From positions 744,001-808,000 of the forward strand of contig JABVCE010000007.1 of NCBI GenBank assembly GCA_014905635.1: DNA of 64,000 bases, given 5' to 3'. Both the position numbers and the translations under genes were made by a program. Source of the stretch: Scenedesmus sp. PABB004. Lineage: Eukaryota. The notes under the pieces are model-generated. The model worked only from the letters and a program-made list of their open reading frames with translations, did no database searches and was not told the DNA's origin. Of this stretch, positions 12,382-22,500 are shown piece by piece (positions within the stretch are counted from its first letter, which is position 1; each line of letters starts with the position of its first letter).

Positions 12382-12885
12382 CTGAGAAACCATGACGCCC
12401 ATGAATGAGGCGGCGCACACCAAAGATGGACTGCACTTCAGCGGTACAAACGCAACTGCCACGACCGTGCAATCACAACAACTGCACTGCACTGCACTGC
12501 ATCTCGCCGCTTCACCACGCCTCCTTTCGACCTTGCACATCATGACATCACCGCGCGGTCTTTGCCTGGTTGGTGAACGCTCAAGAGTGTGTCAGGACAC
12601 CGAACTGATCTGGGGAAGATGCAATGACGGCAGGCTTTCATTGTTCGAGCAGCAGGGTGCGCCGCACCCAACTCTACCCCCAGCTAGCTATATGGTTCAG
12701 CTGCGACTGCTGTCGGCTGCGTGCTCGTGGGTTCAGCCACAGTGTGCGTGCTGCACCCAACACTGCGCCGCTGCCGACAAAAAATGTGGGAGCGTGCCCC
12801 AAGACAGAGCTCACTCACCGGCCGACAAGCTGGCTGTGTGTTTTGCCTTGCGAACGTTGGCTCTGTGTTCTGCTTCGTGCATGCT

Positions 12886-14612
12886 GGCGCTGGATCGCTG
12901 CATCGGCGGGCCTTCCCTGCCCTGTGCGGTCCATTGCTGGTGGCTGCCTGCCAAAGACTGCTGCCGTGACTGCGGTCCTGACCGCGCGTTAGGTGAGGTG
13001 AGCTATCAAGAACTGCCCTTTCATGAGCTCGGCAAGACAACACGGTTACTCAGCAGCGGCCCCGCGCGCGCCGCAGGCTGGCGGCGGCGGCGGCGGCGAG
13101 TAAAGAAGGGGCTCGAGCAGGCCTGCGCGCCCAGCGTCCCGCCGCGCCAGCGACCGGCCAAACACGTCCCGGCCGCCGGCTGCCGCGGCTGCCGAGCACC
13201 GCAGCCGGCGCGCTGCCTCGGCCGTCAGTGGGCGCTTCAAGCACGTGACCGTCGCGTCGGCCACGGGCCCGCGCCGCACGAGCCGGCCGTGCTCACTCAC
13301 GCCACCCAGCTCCGCGGAACGGCCCCCGCCGCCGCTCCCGCCGCCCACGCCCGGAGCAGGCGGGCCTGGCGAGATGGAGCCAGCACGCTCGCACCGGGGT
13401 AGTTGGTGCGGCGCCTGCACCTCAAGCAGCCCAGGCGCGGGGCTTGGGCGGCGCGCGTGCGCGCCCACGTCCGCCCGCACGGCCTCGTACTGTGCGCGCT
13501 GCTCAGCGCTGGCGCGGAACACGCCCGCGCCCACGTGGTCAAGGTGCGTGCGCTCACGCAGTTCATGCTGCGGGCACCCGTGGCCGGCGCGTGCGCTGTG
13601 CGACGGCTGCCCAGCAGCCTGCTGCGCCCGCCTGGCGCGCACCGCGCCCTGCAGCCGCTCCACAGTGCCGCCGCCAGCTGCTGTGCCGCACCGCCGCCGG
13701 CGCCGCTGCTGGCTGCGCCGCGCTGCGCCAGACCGCCGGGGCTGCTCGCCCGCCGCCGGCCAGCGGGTGTGGCGGTCACCGTGCAGCAGGCTGCACTGGC
13801 GCTGGCGCTGGCGCTGGCGGCCTGCGTTGAGGCGGTGCTGCGCGCCAGCAGCGCGTGCGGGTCTGCCGGCAGCTTGATGGCCTTGTGCTTCACGTGCTGC
13901 GCGTTGTGTGCCGCCACCAGCGTGCGCGGGTGGCTGGCGCCCAGCGCAGCGCCCAGCGCCTGGCGCCGTCGCGGTGGTCGGTGCGGTGGTGGCGGCTGTG
14001 TGGCTCGCGCGGCCGCAGAGCGCGGCGCCCGCCCCCGCGCCAGGGCCTGCGGCGTTCAGGCGAAGCGCCCAGCCCGGCACATGCACCTGCTGCGCCTCCT
14101 CCACCAGCTGCAGGCCGCGGCTGCTCTTGCCAGGCAGTCCAGCACCAGCCGCCGCCGCGGTGTCGGGGTGGCGCCGCCCCAGCACGCCGCACTCGCTGCG
14201 AATCACGTACGCGCGCACGCAGTGCTCAAACGCTCCCTGGAAAGCGGGTGCGGCAGGTGCGCGGAAGTTGGATGCACGCTGCGCTTTGTGGCCTCCCGCG
14301 CCGCCCCTGCCCGGTGCGCGCAGCAGCGCGGGCGGCGGCTGCGGCGCGGGGCGCTGCGCGCCTGCAGGTCGTCGCAGTGGTAAAGGGCCACGCCCGCCGC
14401 CGCGTGCCACAGTGCAGCGTCCGCGCCCGCCTCGTGCAGGCAGCCGAGCACTTCGCGCTCCAGCACGCCCCACGCCTCGGCGTCGCGGCCGCCGGTGAGC
14501 ATGATGGAGCTGGCGGCGGCAGAGAGGTACAGCGCGGCCGCCGGCGGCAGCGCGCCTGCGGGCGAGTGACAGTGCAGCAGGCGTGGGCGGCGGTGCTGCG
14601 GCACGGCGGCGC
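12886..14612 (-). pseudogene. Block A1: 5'-truncated, frameshifted copy of the 3' end of the RCC1/TPR gene (source 19372-21137)
   Basis: Near-identical direct copy that keeps introns and downstream flank. It has a deletion in the HNLGLVLD codons (~14150) and a 1-nt deletion (~13685, gtgccgcacc vs gtgcccgcacc), both breaking the frame. It has no 5' exons. Confidence 0.85.
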
Positions 14613-14985
14613 TGCGCGAGCACGCGGGACCCAGGCGCGCACCCGCCATACTGCCGCCAGCATGCTGCCGCATCTCTGGTGGTGGTGGAGTGCGGTTGGC
14701 GGGCGCGCCGACCGCCCGCCGGCAGGCTGCCGGCGGCAGCGCGCAGCCGCTGACTGCGCGCGGCACCCCGCAAAGGCGCGCACGACACACCGCCAGCGCA
14801 GAGCGCTGCGCGCGGGCGGACGGCTGCTGCCCACGTGCGGGCGCCCTAAAGGTGCGAACCCGTTTGTGACAGCATGTTACGTGCGATGCTCGTCACCCCG
14901 CCGCCGCCGGCGCCCCGCGACGATCGAGCGTGAGCCCCGACGCAGCAGCGCCGCGCCACACGCCACACACTCACGCGGCGCTTGT

Positions 14986-16331
14986 TCAGAAGCCAAACTT
15001 GACCTTGGGCACGGCGAAGGTGATGGTGGTGTGGAGAGTCGGATCGCCAACGCCGTCCCAGATGACATCCGTGCGCTGGCCAAACGCGCCGACAAACTGG
15101 TTGGTGCCGCCTGCGGGCGCGCGTCGCCGGCGCGTTCCGCGCGCCGGGTGTTTGCGCGCTCTCGGCGGCGCGCCAGCCAGGGGCAGCCAGTCCCTTTGCC
15201 GGGGCGCCGCGTGCAGCTCACCAACGACCGCAATGTCCTGGTCCACCATCTTTTGGTCACTGGCCGAGTAGTCCACGCCCCCAACCAGCTGGAGCGAGTC
15301 GCTGAGAGCAGGGCCAAACTCGAGGCTGTACTGCGCGAGCCGCGCGCTCGGCGAACCGGGCAGGGCCTTGCTGGCAAAGGTCTGCACGCCGGACCACACG
15401 CCCACCTTGGCACTGCGCGGTCGACGGGGCGCGGTGCAGATGAGGGGGGGGGGGGGGCGCGGCGGCGAGGCCTTGCGCGCGGCAGCTGACGCCGCACAGC
15501 CCCTGCCTCGCACCCGGCGAGACCGTCGAGCAAGTCACCGTACAGCACGCGCCAGCCAATGATGCCGTTGCCGCTAACATTGGATGCCGAGATCTGGTCC
15601 CAGATGGTCTGTGCGGCCGAGCAGGGGCAACGGCAGGAGAAGGGGGGGGGGTGGCAGGGTTGCGTGCCGGCGAGGGCTGCGCTGTGGCGGCTGCGACAGC
15701 CCCGCCCGCCGCTTGCGCCCCTCTGCGCACCAGTTTGAAGGTGATGTTAAGACGGTAATAGGTATACAGCGAGTCGCTGCCGACCTGCACGAGCGACAGG
15801 GGGCGGCAGGGGTGCGCAGGCCGGCGGAGGTCAACTCTGGCCCGCGGCTGGCACGCCGGCGCGTGGTGGCTCGCCCGCCCGCCGCGGAGCCCTGACCGAC
15901 TGACTGACGCACCGCCGTGTAGTGGTCGCCCGTCCACTTGGAGGTGGCCACCCAGCCGTGGGATGGCGAGCCCTTGTGGTGCGCGGGCTCGGCGGTGGAG
16001 CCGGCGGGGCGCTTGGCGGCAGCGGTGCCGGAGCCTGCGGGGCGCAGCGCGCGCACGAGCCTGAGCCACCCGCGATCTGCACCGCTGCATCCCCACCAAT
16101 CGAGAGCCCGAGAGCCCGAGAGCCCGAGGCAGACGAGCGCACGCACTGCGCGAGCCACGCGGCGCGCGCCGGCCCCAACCGCCACCGCCGCCCGACCCCG
16201 CCGCCGCTCGCCCGCGCACCTTGCGCAGCCGCGGCCACGACCACCGTCGCAAGAGCCAGCAGCGCAAGCGCGACCTGCCGACGAACGGGCGCGCAGGCGC
16301 CGGGCGGCGGCGGTGCGCGTCGGTTGTGCAT
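14986..16331 (-). CDS. Secreted dirigent/allene-oxide-cyclase-barrel-like protein, paralog 1 (~233 aa, 6 exons)
   Basis: Exons 16331-16220, 16034-15913, 15784-15731, 15608-15514, 15412-15222 and 15110-14986 are all GT-AG and phase-consistent. Signal peptide VALALLALATVVVAAAA. Motif QDIAVVGGTNQFVGAFG resembles the dirigent hAVVGGTGxFxxAxG and AOC LAVTGGSGIFEGAYG motifs. Confidence 0.7.
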
Positions 16332-16615
16332 TCAAAGTTGGCTCGCCCTGTGCGAAGCGCACGGCTCGCGGACAGCGCTGTGCGCCCGCAGAGCGCTTCC
16401 CGACAATCATTTGCACTGCGAGCGCGGTCCATTTAGGCCGGCGGCCTCGCTGCACTCGCGCGCCGTCGCCCGCTGCCCCCCCGCCGCGCACCCGGGCCAT
16501 GGCGGAGCTCTTGTCGGAGGTTGTGCACAGCGCGGTACGGGGAGGTGGATCGGAGTGCGAAGAGGCTGGGGGCGCAAAGGGGACCTCTGCGCAGGACATT
16601 TTCGTGACGCTGTGA

Positions 16616-16644
16616 CGTTCCGTACCGCGTTGCGGTACGGAACG
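16616..16644. promoter_or_regulatory. Perfect 13-bp inverted repeat with GTAC cores upstream of paralog 1
   Basis: CGTTCCGTACCGC-GTT-GCGGTACGGAACG. A third GCGGTACGG lies at 16532-16540. The regulatory role is inferred. Confidence 0.5.
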
Positions 16645-17198
16645 GGCAGGGCTGCGGCGCTGCGGCGCCCCGCGACAAGCGCCTGGGACGCAACGCCGCA
16701 GCCCTGCAGCTGAGCAAGCACACCTCCTTGCAGGAGGCACTGCGGCGGCAAGCGTCGCCCAGCGCTGCGGGCGCGCGGCTGCTGCCAGGCTGCAAGCTCA
16801 CACCGCTCGCCCCTGCGCATGCCATGCGCCCCGGGACGGCGGCCGCGGTGCAGCGGCATCGCTGCAGCAGCAGTGCCGGCAACATCGGTGGTGCGCTCGC
16901 AGCTGTGCTCTTTCGTTACTTGCGAGCGCTGACCGCCCGCTAGCACGCTGCGCGCGCAGCCGCTGACTGCGCGCGGCACCCCGCAAAGGTGCGCACGACA
17001 CACCGCCAGCGCAGAGCGCTGCGCGCGGGCGGACGGCTGCTGCCCACGTGCGGGCGCCCTAAAGGTGCGAACCCGTTTGTGACAGCATGTTACGTGCGAT
17101 GCTCGTCACCCCGCCGCCGCCGGCGCCCCGCGGCGATCGAGCGTGAGCCCCGACGCAGCAGCGCCGCGCCACACGCCACACACTCACGCGGCGCTTGT

Positions 17199-17712
17199 TC
17201 AGAAGCCAAACTTGACCTTGGGGACGGCGAAGGCAAAAGTGGTGAGGCCCGTCGCGACGCCGATCCCCTCCCAGATGACATCCGTGCGCTGGCCAAACGC
17301 ACCGACAAACTGGTTGGTGCCGCCTGCGGGGGCGAATCGTGAGGGCGCCGTCTGCGCATGTGCCCGTGGCTTTTGCGCGCCCTTGCCCGCGCGCGCCCTT
17401 CAGGCGCAGCCAGCCCCCCTGGGCGCCGAGCAACTCACCGACAACCGCGACGTCAGAGTCCACCAACTTCTGCGTGGGGGGAGCGTCAAAGTCCACGCCC
17501 CCGACCAGCTGGAGCGAGTCCTTGAGAGCAGGGCCAAACTCAACAGAGTAATGCGCGAGCCGCGCGCTCGGCGAGCCGGGCATCGCCTTGGTGGTGAACG
17601 TCAGCGCGCCCGACCACACGCCCACCTTGGCACTGCGCGGTCGACGGGGCGCAGTGCAGACGAGTGGGGGGCGCGGCGGCGAGGCCTTGCGCGGCAGCTG
17701 AGACACACGCGC

Positions 17713-17798
<86 letters not shown>

Positions 17799-18625
17799 CA
17801 CGGCTGCGCACCCAGTGGCGGGGTCATACACGTCTCCGGCAAAACTGCGCCAGCCGATGATGCCGTTCACACTGGCGTTGGACGGTGAGATCTCGTCAAA
17901 GAAAGTCTGCGCGGCCGACGGGGGCGGGGCGGGGGATCGCGCGGCGCATAGCGCCGCGGCGGGCGCCGCCTTGCTCGCAGCGACAGCCCCGCCGGCCACA
18001 CACGCCCAGCGCCCCGCCGCGCACCAGAGTCAAATTGACCTTGATACGGTAATAGGTGTACAGCGAGTCGCTGCCGACCTGCACGAGCGACAGGGGGCGG
18101 CGGGGGGACGCGGGCCGGCGGAGGTCAACGCTGGCCCGCGGCTGGCACGCCGGCGCGTGGTGGCTCGCCCGCCCGCCGCGGAGCCCTGACCGACTGACTG
18201 ACGCACCGCCGTGTAGTGGTCGCCCGTCCACTTGGAGGTGGCCACCCAGCCGTGGGATGGCGAGCCCTTGTGGTGCGCGGGCTCGGCGGTGGAGCCGGCG
18301 GGGCGCTTGGCGGCAGCGGTGCCGGAGCCTGCGGGGCGCAGCGCGCGCACGAGCCTGAGCCACCCGCGATCTGCACCGCTGCATCCCCACCAATCGAGAG
18401 CCCGAGAGCCCGAGAGCCCGAGGCAGACGAGCGCACGCACTGCGCGAGCCACGCGGCGCGCGCCGGCCCCAACCGCCACCGCCGCCCGACCCCGCCGCCG
18501 CTCGCCCGCGCACCTTGCGCAGCCGCGGCCACGACCACCGTCGCAAGAGCCAGCAGCGCAAGCGCGACCTGCCGACGAACGGGCGCGCGGGCGCCGGGCG
18601 GCGGCGGTGCGCGTCGGTTGTGCAT
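17199..18625 (-). CDS. Secreted dirigent/AOC-barrel-like protein, paralog 2 (6 exons)
   Basis: Exons 18625-18514, 18328-18207, 18078-18025, 17906-17812, 17632-17439 and 17323-17199 have the same intron positions as paralog 1. Motif SDVAVVGGTNQFVGAFG; ends FAVPKVKFGF*. Confidence 0.7.
17726..17795. repeat. (CA)~35 microsatellite in intron 4 of paralog 2 only
   Basis: Read directly; absent from the matching paralog 1 intron. Confidence 0.95.
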
Positions 18626-18909
18626 TCAAAGTTGGCTCGCCCTGTGCGAAGCGCACGGCTCGCGGACAGCGCTGTGCGCCCACACAGCGCTTCCCGACGA
18701 TCATTCGCGCTGCGAGCGCGGTCCATTTAGGCCGGCGGCCTGGCAGCACTCGCGCGCCATCGCCTGCTGCCCCGCCGCCGCGCACCCGGGCCATGGCGGA
18801 GCTCTTGTCGGAGGTTGTGCACAGCGCGGTACGGGGAGGTGGATCGGAGTGCGAAGAGGCTGGGGGCGCAAAGGGGACCTCTGCGCAGGACATTTTCGTG
18901 ACGCTGTGA

Positions 18910-18938
18910 CGTTCCGTACCGCGTTGCGGTACGGAACG
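18910..18938. promoter_or_regulatory. Second copy of the 13-bp GTAC inverted repeat, upstream of paralog 2
   Basis: Identical to 16616-16644. Confidence 0.5.
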
Positions 18939-19531
18939 GGCAGGGCTGCGGCGCTGCGGCGCCCCGCGACAAGCGCCTGGGACGCAACGCCGCAGCCCTG
19001 CAGCTGAGCAAGCACACCTCCTTGCAGGAGGCACTGCGGCGGCAAGCGTCGCCCAGCGCTGCGGGCGCGCGGCTGCTGCCCGCCAGGCTGCAAGCTCACA
19101 CCGCTCGCCCCTGCGCACGCCATGCGCCCCGGGACGGCGGCCGCCGGTGCAGCGGCATGTTGATTGAACTAGACAAGATCGACTACGACTTTGCGGTGAG
19201 GCCGCCGCCACGGCAACTGCGGCCTTGGCCGGTGTGAGGCCAGTGTCAACCTCACACCGCGCGCGATGCCCCTGCCCCGCCTGCGCCGCACGCACCCAAA
19301 CTGACACGCAACAAAACAGCTTTAGCTCACTCAGAGGCCTCGCTGGCTGTGTGTTCCGCCTCAAGGGCGTGGGCGCTGGATCGCTGCATCGGCGGGCCTT
19401 CCCTGCCCTGTGCGGTCCATTGCTGGTGGCTGCCTGCCAAAGACTGCTGCCGTGACTGCGGTCCTGACCGCGCGTTAGGTGAGGTGAGCTATCAAGAACT
19501 GCCCTTTCATGAGCTCGGCAAGACAACACGG

Positions 19532-22500
19532 TTACTCAGCAGCGGCCCCGCGCGCGCCGCAGGCTGGCGGCGGCGGCGGCGGCGAGTAAAGAAGGGGCTC
19601 AAGCAGGCCCGCGCGCCCAGCGTCCCGCCGCGCCAGCGACCGGCCAAACACGTCCCGGCCGCCGGCTGCCGCGGCTGCCGAGCACCGCAGCCGGCGCGCT
19701 GCCTCGGCCGTCAGTGGGCGCTTCAAGCACGTGACCGTCGCGTCGGCCACGGGCCCGCGCCGCACGAGCCGGCCGGGCTCACTCGCGCCGGCCACATCCG
19801 CGGAACGGCCCGCGCCGCCGCTCCCGCCGCCCACGCCTGAAGCAGGCGGGCCTGGCGAGATGGAGCCAGCACGCTCGCACCGGGGTAGTTGGTGAGGCGC
19901 CTGCACCTCAAGCAGCCCAGGCGCGGGGCTTGGGCGGCGCGCGTGCGCGCCCACGTCTGCCCGCACGGCCTCGTACTGTGCGCGCTGCTCAGCGTTGGCC
20001 CGGAACACGCCCGCGCCCACGTGGTCAAGGTGCGTGCGCTCGCGCAGTTCGTGCTGTGGGCACCCGTGGCCCGCGCGCGCGCTGTGCGGCGGCTGCTCAG
20101 CAGCCTGCTGCGCCCGCCTGGCGCGCACCGTGCCCTGCAGCCGCTCCACGGTGCCGCCGCCAGCTGCTGTGCCCGCACCACCGCCGGCGTTGCCGCTGGC
20201 TGCGCCGCGCCGCGCCAGACCGCCGGAGCTGCTCGCCCGCCGCCGGCCAGCGGGTGCGGGAGGCACCGTGCAGCAGGCTGCGCCGGCGCTGGCGCTGGCG
20301 CTGGCGGCCTCCGTTGTGGCGGTGCTGCGCGCCAGCAGCGCGTGCGGGTCTGCCGGCAGCTTGATGGCCTTGTGCTTCACGTGCTGCGCGTTGCGTGCCG
20401 CCACCAGCGTGCGCGGGTGGCTGGCGCCCAGCGCAGCGCCCAGCGCCTAGCGCCGTCGCGGTGGTCGGTGCGGTGGTGGCGGCTGTGTGGCTCGCGCGCC
20501 TCCGGCTCGGCGCCCCCCCCCCCCCCCCCCCCGCCAGGGCCGGCTGCGTTCAGACGCAGCGCTCAACCCGGCACACGCACCTGCTGCGCCTCCTCCACCA
20601 GCTGCAGGCCACGGCTGCTCTTGCCCAGGCAGTCCAGCACCAGCCCCAGGTTGTGTGCCGCAGCCGCGGTGTCGGGGTGGCGCCGCCCCAGCACGCCGCA
20701 CTCGCATCGAATCACGTACGCGCGCACGCAGTGCTCAAACGCATCCTGGCGTGCGGCAGCAGCGCGGCAGGTGCGCGGAAGTGGGATGCACGCTGCGCTT
20801 TGTGGCCTCCCGCGCCGCCCCTGCCCGGTGCGCGCAGCAGCGGGGGGGGGGCGGCGGCTGCGGCGCGGGGCGCTGCGCGCCTGCAGGTCGTCGCAGTGGT
20901 AAAGGGCCACGCCCGCCGCCGCGTGCCACAGTGCAGCGTCCGCGCCCGCCTCGTGCAGGCAGCCGAGCACGTCGCGGCAGCCCTCCAGCACGCCCCACGC
21001 CTCGGCGTCGCGGCCGCCGGTGAGCAGGATGGAGCTGGCGGCAGCAGAGAGGTACAGCGCGGCCGCCGGCGGCAGCGCGCCTGCGGGCGAGTGACAGTGC
21101 AGCAGGCGTGGGCGGCGGTGCTGCGGCACGGCGGCGCAGCGCGCAGATGGGCCCAGGCGACGCACCCGCAGACCCCTCAGCCTCGGCCTCCGGCTGCTGC
21201 GCGTCCAGCCAGTCCCGCCAGGCCTCCTCCGCCAGCGCCAGAAGGTGCAGCGCGCTGTCCACCTGGCGCGCCTGGTGCGCTGCCTGCGCCGCGGCCAGCA
21301 GCGGCGCGACAGACGCCGGGCAGGCCGCGGGCGGCTGCACCGCCTCCTGCGGGCGCAGCCGCGGCGGGCGGCGGCCGGTCAGCGCAGCGCCGGCCCGCCC
21401 AGGACGGCCTGCGCCAGGGGCGCGAGCGGCAGCGTTCAGCTCGCGTGCCCCGCGCACGTGCAGCAGCACCGGCATGTAGCGCAGCGTGGACAGGTGGTCG
21501 TGCGCGCGGCTCTCTTCGGGGGGGTCAAAGCGCAGCGCCCACCACTCGGCGTACGGGTCGCTCCGCAGCCCTGCCGCGGCGGCAGCGCAGAGTCGGGCGG
21601 GCGGCCTGGGGCACCCGGCAGGCGAGGTGGCGCAAAGTCAACAGGGCCCGCCACGCGCGCGCACCCGCTGAGGCCGCCGCGGGCGCGCCAGCCAGCAGCT
21701 GCCCCTGGCCAAGCAGTGGCGGCACGCCCAGGTGGGCCAGGAACGCGGCGACCTGCTGCTCGGGCTGGCGCAGCGGGCTGGCCGCGAGGCGGCGCGCCCC
21801 AAATGCCGCCAGGCCGCACATTGCGAGCGCGCGCGAAAACTCGGCAGCGCTGAGGCCGTCAAAGGCAAGACCCTGCGCAGCGGCGGCGCGGCGCGGCACC
21901 GGTGCGGCGCGCGGGGAAAAGGGCCTGCCCAGCACACGGCGCGGCACCGCGAGCGCCCCCGCCGGCCGCCCCGGGCCACCGTGCGGCGGCTGCCGCACCG
22001 GCTCCGCCCGCTCCGGCAGCAGCTGCCGCAGCACCGCCTCCACGTCGCCTGGCTCCAGCAGCTGCGGGAGGGCGCCGCGGTCCTGCAGCAGCTCCAGGAA
22101 GGCCGGCAGCGCGAGGCCGCCGCCGTCCGGCAGCCGCACGGCGTGCCGCTCGCGCTGGGCGGCAAGCGCGCCGGCGTACATCTGCTCCAGCTGCGGGCGC
22201 CACGCGGCCAGCAGCGCGCCCGCGGCGGGCGTGGCGAGGCTGCTGGCACAGAGGTCAAACCTGGGGGCGCGCGGCGCGCACGCGGCGCACGAGTACGCCA
22301 GCGGGGAGACACGGGCGCCGGGCCCCATGCTGCCGCCCGCACCGCGCACACGCACCTGGTGCGGCTGCGGTCCGCGAGCAGCTGCACGTGCCGCTCGACC
22401 ATGAGCGCCCAGGCCCGCGCGCCGTTGGTGATGCCGGGAAAGCACCGCCGGCTGAGCGCCGCCAGCGCCGCGGCAAAGCGCGGCAGCGTGAGCACGGCGT

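Larger units (their letters stand above)
14739..16859. repeat. Block B1 of a tandem segmental duplication (partner 16952-19158)
   Basis: Direct repeat; offset 2213 at the left end and 2294 across the 5' exons and promoter. Confidence 0.95.
16952..19158. repeat. Block B2 of the tandem segmental duplication
   Basis: Direct repeat of 14739-16859. Confidence 0.95.

Noticed and set aside
12392..13402. 336-aa Cys-rich + strand ORF
   Set aside because: It spans the AP2 3' UTR and the antisense of the duplicated block, with no motif or coding-like composition.
12886..19158. Transposon (Helitron/Pack-type capture) or retrocopy as the cause of the duplication
   Set aside because: No transposase, RT, TIRs, target-site duplication or well-placed hairpin+CTRR end was found. 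The copies retain introns, which excludes retroposition.
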